Below, one piece after another: positions 14,050-28,100 of a stretch of DNA of 64,000 bases. Origin of the DNA: Nageia nagi (Eukaryota; Plantae; Pinophyta); contig JBITNC010000001.1 in the NCBI GenBank assembly GCA_050084985.1, positions 121,892,001 to 121,956,000 on the forward strand, given 5' to 3'. The first letter of the stretch is position 1; the number at the start of each line of letters is the position of its first letter. The notes under the pieces were generated by a model. It did no database searches. It worked only from the letters and a program-made list of their open reading frames with translations, and was not told the origin of the DNA. Both the position numbers and the translations under genes were made by a program.

Positions 14050-15100
14050 CTACCTAAGTCAAGAAAGGTTGGATAGAGCTTCGATTAGGGAGAGTGTTGT
14101 TTTGAGGGCTAAACTCATGTATTTATGGAAAGGTGAGTGCTAGGGACAAGGGGGTAGAGGGAATGTTGGGAGTGGAGGGGGTTTGAGTGTGGTTGGTGTT
14201 GTTGGAGGTGGTGTTTATAGAAGGAAGGGAGGGCTTTTTAGGGTAGAGAAAGATGTAAAGGGTGACCTAGAAACTAATAGTTAAAATAGAGAGGGAGGTT
14301 TTTTGGGCTTTAGTATTCTCAAGATTGAAGAGTGTAAAGTGGGAACAAAGGATAAACTTCTCTATGGTTTGGTTAGTGTTGAAGTGTTGGACTTTCTAGG
14401 TCTAGTAGGGTTGGAGGGGTTATTTCTAATTTCTCCCTTAGATCTCAATTCTCTCCTTGGAGGAGGAAGGATTATTTTTAGTGGCTTTGTATCCATTTGC
14501 TTAAATTTTTATGGAATTTTACATGGATTCTAAATTCACACAAATGAAGATAGAAGACTTATTTTGTATTGATCCCCTACTACCTTTGAGGAGGAAAGGA
14601 TTTTTGGCTAGAGGATAGGGTATTTCAAACTATGGAAGGGTAAGGTTTGATCTCAGCTAGGATGCTAGAAACCTTATGTTGCTCAAAATTTTGGGCACTC
14701 TATTCTTATTAGGGAGGATAGATCTGAAAGGCATGGATTATGTATGTAATATCTTTTATCCTTCGGATGATGTTTTGAAGAATCAAATTTCTTTAAGCAA
14801 CTTATACTTCTCTATCCAATTGGCTCTTGAGCCTATGGTCATAGGAGTTCCCTCCCTCATAAAGGAAAGCATAATAACTATAGCCTTTATTGCTTTTCTA
14901 TTGTACTCCTTTGCCATTCCACTCTCACAAGGGTTTGAGGTCAAGTTGGAGGGATGGTGGAGCTAGTTTAGGCCTAGAAGTAGGAAATATGCAAGGAGGG
15001 ACTTTCTTACTCAACTCAATAAAGCAATAATAGGAAAATTCCTAGCCTATCTAATAGTTTTGAATGTTGAGTACAAGATTAAAAACCATAACTTCCAAGG
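14050..15100 (-). mobile_element. Degenerate L1 LINE ORF1 fragment
   Basis: Minus-strand remnants (SLLAYFL, KGY, IGSR..IEKY, FIC..RIH knuckle remnant) are in DUF4283 plus zinc-knuckle order, followed by a Pro/Thr-rich tail. Confidence 0.4.
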
Positions 15101-16933
15101 ATCATAGCTTCTTTTTCTCTAAGAGGGAAGTTTAGATTTCAAATTTTAAATCTAAGTGAGTAGATTCAAATATTTGTTTGCAAGTGTATAACTTTTAATT
15201 CCTATCTTAAGATATGTACAAGGTCTTGAAAATATATAATTTTTTCCAAGTTTCAAAATGTCAAAGCCCTCCTCTAGGTTGAAAGACAAATTCAAAACTA
15301 CCTTCAATGTAAAGTGATTATCAGTTCCCTAAAAACCACCTCTAATATTCACAAAAAAAAAATCTTGCATTCATGAAGACTAAAATTTCTACTATGTATG
15401 CACTTTACATTTATGTGTTTTACTCATATATTTGATTCTTATATCCCCATACTATTATATTAGTATGTTGCTACAATGTGATATGTATAGTAATTTATCT
15501 TAGGTATTACTTATTGTGTATTACTTAAATGGACATCTATAAGTTTTGATTTAATTTTAAAATGACTACATGACTAATTTTATATTCATACACATGAGTA
15601 ATCCTTCACACATTCATCCATACCTAACATAGAATCCATATTCTACATTCTATATTTTGGGTTTCTTTATTTTTATCATTCAAAATAAATATGTACAAAC
15701 TAAATTCAAGAATATGTGTATTCAATTCTTAATCCAAACTTTCAATAATTGTTTCAAATATATATATATATATATTCATTCTCATGAAACAAATCTCCTA
15801 AATTTATAATTTTCTTCTACAATTCATGATAAGAAACATATTCAAGAATACAAAAACTATACATGGTTAAGAATTAACAAGGAATTGCTTACATATACTA
15901 AATATAAACCTTTTGAACATCTTCCTTGGTTTGCACTCTTCTTGTTCCTCTCTATTTTATCACTATATATTTTTACATGTTGGGGCCAATATATTGCTTG
16001 TCTTTTTAATTTGAGTTTGATTTGCTTCAACTATGATCCTCTTCATTCTTCTTCCTTTTGATTCTTCTCCTTTATGTTTTTCTTCTTCTGATTCTTTCCC
16101 CAAATCTATTATCTAAATACCTTCCTTACTAACCCTTTTCTAGTCTTATTCCTTCTTCCTTCTAGTCTAGTAGAGATACCTTGCTTTTTCTAATTGAATT
16201 CATTTATTTTCTCTTATGTGCCTCCTACTTGAATATAAGTTGAAACTATCTCTATTAATTTTAAAAAGCACATGAATATATGCATTGAAACATATTATAA
16301 TTTCATTCTTACATTACTATGAATAAAATATACATTCTTAGATATAATATTTCAAATAAAAGTATAATATATGCATAAAAATGAAAAATATTTAGATATT
16401 ATTCAAACATATATAACTAAAGAAAGAAATACTCAATGTTGTTCCTTTTGAGGCATTGAGAAATCCCTTGTAAAACAAGCCATCATCTCCCATGTTCTAT
16501 TTGTTTCTCTTTTATACATTATATGAGTATAATTAGATTTGTATATGCATATCCTATAATTATAAGAGAGATAAAGAGTAGTATCCATAAGAACAAATTA
16601 TAAATGAGTAATGCTTTTAACAAAACATAATCATCAAATCCAAACAAATCAGAATGCATCAATTTTAACATTATTTGTGTCTATAAATAGGAAACATAGT
16701 AAAGGTACTTTTAATCATATTTGAATCTCAAAATAAGCTCAAGAGGTTGATAATAACAATCACCACTAAAAAATATTTTATCAAATGAGATGAGGCTCCA
16801 CATATGACATCTATAAAATAAGAAGATTTTGCTAAGTTTATCATCACTCAAATTATCATACACATCAATTTATAATATCCTATTATTAGGGTATATTATT
16901 AAAAATTAATAAATGAATTAGGGCCACTATATT

Positions 16934-17938
16934 TATAGGCTCCCCAAGAATAACTCACACCTTAATCTAAAATATAAATAATGTTAGAAACCCAAGGGCC
17001 TTTGGAATGCCCAGTTTGCAATATCTAGAATATTACTTGCATATTATAAGATAATGATAACAAGAAAAAATGGGGATAAGGTTTAAATATTTTCACTTTT
17101 CATGAAGTACCCAAAATGTCTAATGACCTTAAAATAAAGATTAATGGAGGCTTCTAAGTTATAGGTCCTTAAGACCCTAGAATCAAGCAAAGTGTGACTA
17201 TTTTTCTTATAAACCTCCAAGCCTTGAGTCAACAAGGCAATTAAAGGTAGCTCAATGCCTACAATGAAAGCTACCATAAAACCTAAAATGATTTAGCTAA
17301 TGATTTAAACAAACTAAACTATTTTAGCCTAAATTCTATAAGAAACTAGTTTAGAAATACTAAAATGCAATCATGCATAAGTGGGTTAGTAAAATGACTA
17401 AAAATGGTATGATTAAATGCTCTTGGATGATATCAAAAGCCTATAAAACACTTGAAACAATGTTAGTCTTCAAAAAAATCCAAATCACATGAGTTTACCC
17501 AAGATTCCTTCCATGATGATGAAAATGATCATATTTTTACCTTGGAAATGGTGAGTTGAGCTCAAAAATGGAAGGTACCAAGATACAAAGTTTGAGTACA
17601 TAGTTAGGAGAGGGTTGAACATGTAAAGATCATGAATATTTATTGGTTAATGATTGAATTTTTTTTGAAATGATTTTGAAATGGCCTTTTTATATTGATA
17701 ATGATTAGCTAGTGGGCTAGTTAGGATTTATTCTAATAGGCCAATCAGTCCCTTAACTGATAGGTTGGTTAGGGCTAGGGTTGACTAGGTGGTAACAATA
17801 GACTAATATATCAAAATAAATCTTGTGAACACTATCAAATTAGGCCAAAGGACTGATAGGATCATAGTAAGTTGCTAAATAGACCAAATCACCATGATTT
17901 TCCTAAGCTAGGAAATGAATGATTTTTAGGTGTTAACA
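16934..17938 (-). repeat. 3' LTR (1005 bp)
   Basis: Colinear with 35136-36028 from tataggctcccc to gatttttaggtgttaaca, with ~110 extra bp at ~17021-17130. Confidence 0.9.
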
Positions 17939-17951
17939 AATACCCTCTTTG
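17939..17951 (-). promoter_or_regulatory. Polypurine tract
   Basis: Minus strand caaagagggtatt immediately precedes the LTR start TGTTAACA. Confidence 0.65.
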
Positions 17952-18384
17952 TGCTAGTTTTTATGAGATACAAAATGAAATTTTGTGAGATATGTAATGT
18001 GCTACAAAAATAGGTGAAGTATGTGCAATGTGATGTTGATGATGATAGGATCTATATCATTGTACTAAGGGTACATATGGCTATAACACCTCATGGTGCC
18101 AACACTATCATTCTATAACTAATCTACACCTCAACATAATACACTATGATCAGTCAAAACAATCATGCCAAGGAGTACCTATGTTTATAACACCTCATTG
18201 TGCAATACTATCATGTTGTAACTAGTCAATACTCGAGAAGATAAGATGTGATAAGGCTGAAAAGTAAATGATCATAAAATGGAATTGAAAAATATATTGT
18301 ACATTGATGCAATATGGTCATGTCTAGGGGACACAATTGCATCAAGAAATTAAGAAACAAAAGCAAATTATCTTTTCTTTACCC

Positions 18385-18680
18385 CTACAATTGAAGGGTA
18401 AAATTATTCTTCTTTTCCCCAAAAGTTAAAAGATAAAATAATTTTGCCTAATATTCAAAGGGTGAAATGATTCTACTTTGCCTCAACACTTGAAGGGTAA
18501 AATGATTTTGCTTTTTCCTAGTAGTTAAAGAGTAAAATGATTCAGCTTTGTTCCAACAATCAAATAGTGAAATGATTCTCCTTTATCCTAGTAATTAAGG
18601 GTAAAATGATTTTGCTTTGCCCTAATATTCAAAGGGTGAAAATATCAATAATTCTACTTTTTCCTAGTAGTAAAAGAATG
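18385..18680. repeat. ~35-bp degenerate tandem array (~8 copies) in the element's 3' non-coding region
   Basis: Core gggt(a/g)aaatgatt recurs at ~18460, 18495, 18530, 18565, 18599 and 18634. Confidence 0.8.
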
Positions 18681-20079
18681 AAAAATGGTAACAATACAAT
18701 CATGTCATATGATCAATCATAGGCTCATAGACCTACCAAGTATTTGATCGTAGTGCATAAGCATGCAATTCCTGAATAAAATGCCATGTTGAGTGATAAA
18801 TGATACTTATGATTAAATTATCAATAATAACAAGAAAAAATACAATATAAAAATTCTAATTTTTTGAAAAATTAATCACACCCATAGAGGTGCTTGACAT
18901 AATGAAAATGATCAGGATCATGGAAAAGGTGGGTGATTATATCCCCCCTCGAGGGAGAATATGGGATGAGATCTAGAAAAGGGCCATAACCATCTTATTA
19001 ATAGATTAGTAAGAAAGGTTGATGGATTGATTAGAAATAAAGGAAAATGAGATAATCATACCTAACTAGTATACTATATACTATTAAGGACTAACTAGTA
19101 GGATGGCTAAGCATATCAATTAGGAGAACCAACTAGATTGATCGACCAATCAGGTACCTAACCAACGAGTCAAGTGGCAACATGACAAGTTTACAATAAA
19201 AAATTTAGTTTTATTTTTTCATTTACACACTTGGCTATATTATAATTGAGCTCTAATTTAGGAGAGATTTGTCACATTCATGAGCTCAAAAGTAATCGAG
19301 GTTGACTAGAAATATGACAGCTATAGTAGGAGCTAGACAAGACCCACCACATATCCCACATGAGATAAATGCCTACATAAGTGGGTATGTAGCTACAAAA
19401 ATCATCTATTTTAATTTTTTAAAGTGTATTTAAGTAGCTCACATGTATTTAACAAATAAAATGAACTTTATTCCAATTTTCAATGGTTAAATTTAGCTAA
19501 AAATGGAAAAAAATGTAAGATAGAGTGAAAACTTAGTCCATCACATAGATCATAAACTAACAAACCAAATAAGAAAAAATTATAGCCAAAATGACCACAA
19601 ACAAGTGTAGGATATTTTTGTTAGATTATATTTTGATTTTGATGCTTTTTCTATTAATTTTGTTTGTAAAGTTTCAATTTTGGGCCACACATTTCTTCAA
19701 CTCTCATTCAATCCTACTAGCTAGTGGGGAGTAGATCGATCTTGATTTAGGGATCAATGGACACCCCATCAATTAGATCTTATCTAGGCATACCTAGGAC
19801 CATTTGGTTGACTAGTTTACTACCAAACCAATCTACCAATAGCTCTATAGGGAATCAACTAGGTTACCTTATCCAACCTATTGCAAATAGGTTAGAAAAT
19901 CTAGACAAAATGGATAAATAGATATAGCGAAATGAGGAAAGATGAAAAATATATAGAGGGAAATCCTCAATATGAAACATTAAATATAAGATAGGTGATC
20001 TTGACATATGATAATTCATAAAATTAGGATTTAAAATTGAGAGGACTAACTTAGCAAAAATAGAGACATATCAATTATG

Positions 20080-22150
20080 ATGAGAAAGGCTACCATGATA
20101 ATTACTTGAACTAGTGCATGAAGACCTAGCATAATTTCAAACCTATCATATGATTGAGTTTGGTTTTAGGTTTTAGGGTTAGCTAGAATTGTACAATTAT
20201 GGATGATAATTATGGACCAAGATTACATTTTCATATTGGTGTAGTGTTGGTATGTCTAATGCAATACCTTCCATTTCCCCACTAAGGAGATGACCGTCAT
20301 ACTTAGGATGTATATCACATCTTCTAAGTACCTATCAAGGGATCCATGATCACTTGGGCTACTTCAAAGGGCCATATGATGTATTGGATATTCAATGATG
20401 AATGGAAGATCATTTATACTTGACATGGGGGAGTGGATTATGCAGTTACGTATATGGATGGATTTAGAAGCACACATGAGATGATCATGATGATGATCAT
20501 TAGCAACATCTTGATACTAGATACAAGAATATATAGGTTTTGTTGGAACCTACTAGATGTTGTATGAGACATTATTGAGGAGGGGATTGTCTATACTTAG
20601 GTTCCTACAATCCTGTAATAGACTTATAAATAGTTGGCATATCAAAAAAGGGAGAGGAGTGGGGATCATAAGATCACTACTTATTCAAATATAGAAATGG
20701 GACCACATGTGGGTGGCACAACCCCATAGTTTTCCCTATGAAATCCATACCATAGAATTTATGGATCAAAAGACACCTATGGTAGCGATAGAACTACCTT
20801 GCACTCGATGATGAGCTAGGATTTATGAGTCTCCAAGGAGGAGACCATATGAGGGGATATATGCATGGCTTCATAGAATGTGGGCCAACCTTTGAGCTGA
20901 TTGTATTATTTTTATACCTTATAGGAGAAGGATAGTGTGGGAAAAGGATGTGAGTAGTTAAAATGAGTGCATAGATCATATGATGTGCATGGTAAGAGGC
21001 CATGAGAGGTAACATGTTTAGATATGAGCATGTGATGTGCCAATATGACATCAAATAGGATGTCCAGCTAGATCTAGTGTTATATAGTGTATAGAGGTAC
21101 ATGGGTACTTATCAAGGAAGTAATACACTACTCTAGATAATGCATCTAATGGGATGATCATGATCTCATATGTGGAAACTCTAGGATGATAGTAGCATAT
21201 GATGCATGGTGGGCACCATAGTGAGAGCATGTGCTTATCGATGGGATACTATAGGTGCCTCCCCCAATAGCACTAGTAGGTCCAAGGGTAGGAGAGGTTG
21301 CAGGATAGCAAGTGACAAATATGGACATGGGAGTAATGTGGTCCAGGAGATGATAAGTTTGATGTGGGCCTATATTTTATGGTCATAAGATAGAAAATGC
21401 ATGATTCTCAACTACTAAAGAAGTGTAACATTATCATATTAAATAGGGAAGTGGCTTATGTGGAGAGAGATTTCACTTACCAAGAGTGAGACATTGTTAC
21501 CCTAGTAAGATACCTTGTAAGTAGAGTAAGATGTTATGATTTCCTAAAGAGAAATGGTAGCAACGGAGAGAGATGCAACCATTCATGCCATAGATGGGGT
21601 TGAGGCTACACAATAGAGGGATGGTGATTGGCACAACTCCTTGTAACCATGAAGAGGATGCAGATAAGGGTCCCATGCATAGAGGAGGGGGTACAAATAG
21701 AGGATTCCATGGTAAGGGGATCCATGGGTAGATGCAGGATGTAAATAGAGGGTACAATGGTATCATAGTACTAGTACTAAATTATGATAGATCAATGGAA
21801 GAGGGAGGCTATGAGGGTGTTGGCATTTTAGGGTTAGCTACTAATAGCCAGTATGATGGCTTTGGAACCACCATTCAGAGGGAGGATGTAGTCAAGGACC
21901 TAGACACACACATAAATAGCTACCTCATAGTAGAGTGTACACATTCCTAGTAGTATTTGGTTGATAAAGAAAAGGGAGTAAGACTCAAGATAGGCTAGAG
22001 TATTTAATATTCCCTATCTACTTGGATCATAAGGCAAGACAAGAGCCCATCAGGGGCAATTGAGGGACATAGGGAGATACCTACTCCTCCAAAATAGGCA
22101 TAAGGGCTAGGGGACCAAAAATATGACGCCCATATAGTTGGACAAGGTTG
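20080..22150 (+). pseudogene. Plant Mobile Domain (aminotransferase-like, MAIN/MAIL1 family) pseudo-ORF, antisense to gag-pol
   Basis: Manual translation: WYV*CNTFHFPTKEMTVIL/DVYHIF*VPIKG (20248-20342), YT*VPTIL**TYK*L (20592-20636), SLLIQI*KWDHM (~20675-20710), RPYE (~20843). These match PMD motifs RW..ET.TFH.P.GEMT.TL.DV..ILG.PI.G, YSWG.A.LA.LY..L, LLQ.W.WEH and WRPY in order. The ends are approximate. Confidence 0.8.
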
Positions 22151-25100
22151 AGGATTAGACATCAATTTTTGACACATGCCTATAAGTGTGCAATTTTAAC
22201 AAACTTAGACATGTTGTTTTGATAGATGTGTAGATGCCTATGAGACTATGTGATGCATTTATGGCCATGTATGGACACTTATAGACTTTTATGTATGACA
22301 TTTATGATTCATTTATGGTTATGATAATATGGTTATGAAATATATGATGTGTATGAATTTTGATTGTACATTGTATATGATCTCTTCATGTATGTATAGT
22401 TATGTTCTCTACATGGATATATGGTTATGGCATTTATGATGATGTTATATGTTTGCATACTCATGGATGTTACATGATGCAATGCTATGTATGTTGTTAT
22501 GGTGATGATATATGATATGTGCTATATGATGATGGTGCCTAATCATGGATGTTTTTTAGTTTATTTGATATGTGATTGGATAATGCAACTATCTGTATGG
22601 AATGTAAGCAATATGAATGCATGTATAAAACACACATAAATAATAAATGAAAATGAATGAAACACATATATGTATGGATAAAACACATAAAAATAAGATA
22701 AAAAATGACTTAAACACATGGGTAATAGACTACACAAATGTATGTAATAACCCACCTAATAAATACATACATACATGGATAACCAATAATAAATAATGTC
22801 TAAATGATAAGATGAATGCACAAAATACAAATGAGCAAAGATGTCTAAAAAATGAAAGCAACACAAAAGGATAAAAGTGATAAAAATATTACCACAAAAA
22901 TAATAATAAAAAATAACACATTAATGAAAAAAATATAAACAATGCATACAATGATAAGTGATGAAAGTAATGAAAAACAAAGATAAGTAACAAATAATGA
23001 TACATTGACAATAAATGAGAATTCTACAAATAAAGGATAAACTAACCCAAAAAAAAATAAATGATGAACCAAAATAAGAATTTGTATACATAATTAAATT
23101 TAATAAACAATGATATATGAAACATAAACATCAAAATGGTAAGAAAATACATGATAAAAATGAGTAAAAGATATATAATGAGCAACGAAGAGAACTAAAG
23201 GGGATGACATAAACATGCAATGTAACATGACCATAAAATACCATTTGACATACCATGCAATGATAACAAGATAAATAAACTTATATTAACATAAAAATGG
23301 CATGATCAAGTAGCCCAGAAGAGGATTTGAACAAACTATTGAAAAGTGAAAAACTAAAAAAAGATGAACTTTGAAAAATGATATTAAGAAACCACCTGAC
23401 CAAAATTCCAAATGGATTGGATGAAATTATTATAAAATAATTTAGTCTAAGTGGAGGATCAAATGGATTGAAAAATTGAATCCATTTGATCTATTTAGGA
23501 ATCTGAAATTGGAGGAAACTTATCAAGTTGTAACATCCTTTAGTAGTCACTAAAAGGATGTCATTCCATGTAGCCTTCGATTTGGTGTTCAAAAAGGCAT
23601 CAAATGATAAGCTATGGACTTGAAATTTGAAATTATAACCATGTTTATATCAATTATGTACAATAAAAATATAATATTGAAAAAAAAAATCATTTAACAC
23701 TTCAAAATGAAAAATCAAATAGCTAATTTTAACAAGGGTTGAATTTTAGGACATGCATCCCTAAATTTGAAACACTAGCAAATAGCTTGAAATTTGATGA
23801 AATTGAATAGGGTGACTCAAAAGGGATATAAAAATACCATAAAAGACTAATTTTAAAAAATGGGAAATAAATGACCATATTTTCATGCACACTAACCAAG
23901 GTGCTATATAAGGCTAAGTCACAACCTAGGGAAAGCAAAAAAAAAAAAAATACTATCAAAATGGAAAAAATAGAAGCAATCAACATGAATATCAATGATG
24001 AATAAATATTCAATCATCACAAAATAAAACATGGGAATGATATGACCCAAAAATATGAATGATGAAAATGATAAAAAGTGTTAAATGATAAAATAAGAGA
24101 TATGGCATCAAAAGATGTCAAAATGTGTCACAAGTCATTTGTAACATAAGGATATCCCTCAAATATCATGATAGTCACAACTTATGGTCAAATTGAAAGA
24201 ATGACATAAGGAAACTCAAATTCATTATGAAATAAGTGGTTATGTCCTCATCAAGAATCATGGATGGGAGAAGATGACACAAGACATGAATGGACATAAA
24301 ATGATGTTAGTTATATGACATGACACAAGAAATAGAGAAGAATATCTTGGCTTATGTAGGTACATAAGGGATTGAATTCCATACATGTACAAGATATGCT
24401 TGATCTATTGGGGATTCAATATATAATGTCCAATAATCAAACATACAGGAGTACCAAGATTGATACTGAATAATATGATGGATGCAAATGATGAAATGTG
24501 ATGACAAATGCATAAGAAGAATGACATGATATGGGATGGCTAGGAGATGAGTGACTATTATCCTATACTGAAGTGTGCATAAGTGCATGATCTTGAAAGG
24601 AAATATAGGCTCTAGTATCAACTCTTATGGGATGATCAAAACAAAAAAAAAATGAGTGAATGATATAAGTTGGTAAAACTCCCCAGGAGGAAAAAAAATA
24701 CCTACATGTAAGGTACCATCCTCCAACTCAGCATGGATGAAATATGAAGGTGATCATGATGAAATGAGCAAACAAACACAAAATAAATGATAATAATATG
24801 AATGTAAAAAATTAAAACTAAAGATTAATAATAGAAAGAAAGAAGATGAATAATATTTATAGGCTCAAGCTCTTCCCATCCTTTTAAATTTGTGAGGTGG
24901 TACAAACTCAAACCAATCTTATGCTTAACCATGTAGAGGCCTATCCAATTAGGGGAAAAATTATCCTTAAGAGGATCCTCTAAATTGGATCATTATTTAT
25001 TCTCTTTGAGAACAAGGTCACCTACTTGAAACTTATGGGATTGGACCTCCTTATTAAATGCTATCTTGATATGCTCTTGATAAACCTTGTGATTTTCAAT

Positions 25101-28100
25101 CATATTGATGTGTCTCTCATTAAGTAAAATAAGTTGATCCAAGCAAGCCTAATGATTCTCTTCATAAGGATAAGGTATTTAAGTGACATGCACAAGGAGA
25201 TTATCTCAAGCTCAAGAGGCATGATAGCCTTAGCACTGTAGATGAGGGAGAAAGGAGTAGCACCTATGGGAATTTGAATGATAGTGCGATATGCCCATAA
25301 GGAGTATGAGAGATACTTGTACCAATTATAATGATTTTCATTAACCTTTTTCTGAGAATCATGATAATGATCTTATTGGTTTCTTCAACTTTACCATTAC
25401 CCTAAGGGTAATGAAGCATCAAGAATGATTGTTGATATGATATTGATTACACATTCTTCTCACATGCTAATTCTTGAAATTAGGACCATTATCAATAAGG
25501 ATAATTGAGGAAATACCAAATTGACATATGATATGAGTCTCTATAAAAGATGTGATATTTAAACCTATAGTAGAGACTAAAGAAACCACTTCAATCGACT
25601 TGGTAAGGTACTCATTGTAGTGATAATGAACTTATGACTACCAGACGAAGGAGGCATGAATTTACCAATAAGATCAAAACCCCACTAGGTGAAAGGCCAA
25701 ATGGTTTGGATATGCTGAAGAGGTTAAGATAGGATATATTAAATATGACCATGTTGCTAACACTTGATGTACTTTTTGCATACTCATTACAATCAAACTC
25801 CATGGTTGGCTAGTAATAACCCATATGTAGGATGCATTTAGAGATACTAGCACTGTAAAGTGTCCACCATAAATGTCATCATGATAATTTGATATGGTAA
25901 TTTGTTGATCATAAAGATCAAGATAATGAAGGAGGAATCCATCAAAAGATCACTTATATAGTACATACCTTAAAATTGCATACCTAGTAGCTTGATATTT
26001 AAAGATGTGCTTATCACTAAGAGACATGTCTAGGAGGAAGGACATTCCACTTGATGTACTCATGGAGTTGTTTGTGCCACAAGTCTTGAGACTCGACTAG
26101 AATATCACTAACACTAGCTTTCTGAGGGGAGAAGATAAAGGCAACTTGAGGGATGACTCCTTGACACTCACAACATCCATATGTTGAATGTGTTAATGAG
26201 GATTATATGGAATAAGTGATCCTAAAGAAGCCATGGTATTCACAAAGTGATTGGATGACCTAGGGTCTGACTCTATATTATAGAATTTGAACACTTGAGG
26301 AGTTTGATGATCTCCTCTCTATAATACTTAAGGATTTCATTATGACATTGATAAACTTTAAGGATTTGGTTAACAACCAAAAGAGAATCATCATAGATCA
26401 TGAGTCTCTTAATCTTAAGCTCAATGGAAATCCTAATACCCAAGATGAAGGCTTCATACTCCATATTATTATTGGTGCAAGGAAAAGCCAACTTAAAGAA
26501 TAAGGGATTGGGAAACCCTAAGGCATGAAGAAGAAACTCCCACACCATCCCCTTCCTCACACTTTGATCCATTCAAGTACATAGTCATCTCAAAGTCCTT
26601 GTGAGTGTTAACAAACTCTTCCTCATTATCAACCTTAAAGATATCCTCATTAGGGAGAGTAATATCTAGAGGAAATTATTAGGAAAGGGTGCTTAAACCA
26701 ACTTATCTACTATGACCTAACCCTTAGTGGATTTATGACTAACAAACTCAAGGTTAAACTCTAATCAAACATGAGCCACTCAGATGTCTGATAATTATAG
26801 TAAGTCTTGTCATCATGTATTAGAGTGGATTACAATGATAAATCATGTATGTCATATGATTAAGAATATAATGATGTATTTTTTAGCTATAAAAATAATG
26901 TCAATGCAAAGATGCTCTATATAAATGAAACTGATCTTGTATTCCATAAAGGTGAGACTAAGGTAATATATGGCTTGATCTTTTCCTTGATTGTTCTTCT
27001 AAGAAAGCATGACTCCTAAACTAAAATTGATCATTGAGAGATAAAGGTAGAAAGGGATACCATCCCTAAGAGGAATTAAGGTAGGAGGAGTGGTAAATAG
27101 TGCTTAATGTCATCAAAAGCTTGTTGGTACTTCTCATTCCACTTGAATAAAACACACTTCTTTAAGAGATCAATGAAAGGATGACACTTATCTAAAAGTT
27201 GATCTATGAACAATGGACAATGGCCTTGACCTTTTTAGGGTCAACCTTAATTCCTCACTTGGACATGATAAAACATAAAAGCTTACATAACATGATAAAA
27301 CACATTATAAACCTAATGTTATGTTTAAGAATATGATGAAATACATTGCAAAGAACTTCCCAATGTCTTTCATGTGTCTTGGACTTGGCTAAAATATTAT
27401 GGGACATAATCTTCCATAATGGTATTCATTCATCATGTCATGGAAGATGTATGGCATGGCTCTTTGATAGGTGAATTCTTAAGATTGAAAGGCCTGACCC
27501 TATAGCAATAGGTCCCCCAAGGGGTCAAAAAGGTTATTTTATGTTGATCTTTGAGACTAATCTAGATTTGGCTATATCTAGAAAAATCATCCATAAGGGA
27601 AAACATCTCATACCCTATAGTATCATCAATTAAGATATCAATATTAGGTAGAGGAAAGTCTTCCTTAGGACATGCCTTATTAAGATCATGAATTTTCATG
27701 CAAAATATGAATATGACCATTGAATTGACCAATAGGAACCATATTGGAAACCCACTTGGGGTAGTCAACAGGTTCAATGAAGTGAGCCTTCAAAGGCTTT
27801 TAAAGCTCATCCTTGATCAAAAGGAATTGGGATGGATTGAATTTATTAGGCTTTTGCTTGATTAGTTTGGCATCGGGATAAGTCATGATGTTATGCACCA
27901 TAAGGTTTGGATCTAAGCTTGGCATATCATCATAACCAAAAGCAAAGATCTTATGACACTCAACCAAAATGGATCTAGCTAGGTCACACTTAGACTCATT
28001 CCAAACATTATTGACATAAATGATCTTAGTATTTTCAATATCATTGCTAATGTCAACTACAACTAGGCCCCAACATGCATGTGGGACCCCTCTTCAATTT

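Noticed and set aside
18385-18680. 35-bp periodic array as CRISPR or iterons
   Set aside because: Whole units are degenerate copies of each other, and the context is a retrotransposon 3' region.
20160-20182. ttttaggttttagggttag as an interstitial telomere
   Set aside because: Only about two imperfect units; common in plant TE sequence.
22561-24013. Hydrophobic Phe/Ile/Leu-rich ORFs as membrane proteins or env
   Set aside because: A by-product of reading A-rich low-complexity sequence on the T-rich strand. The same applies to 6228-6461, 10937-11170 and 49789-50022.
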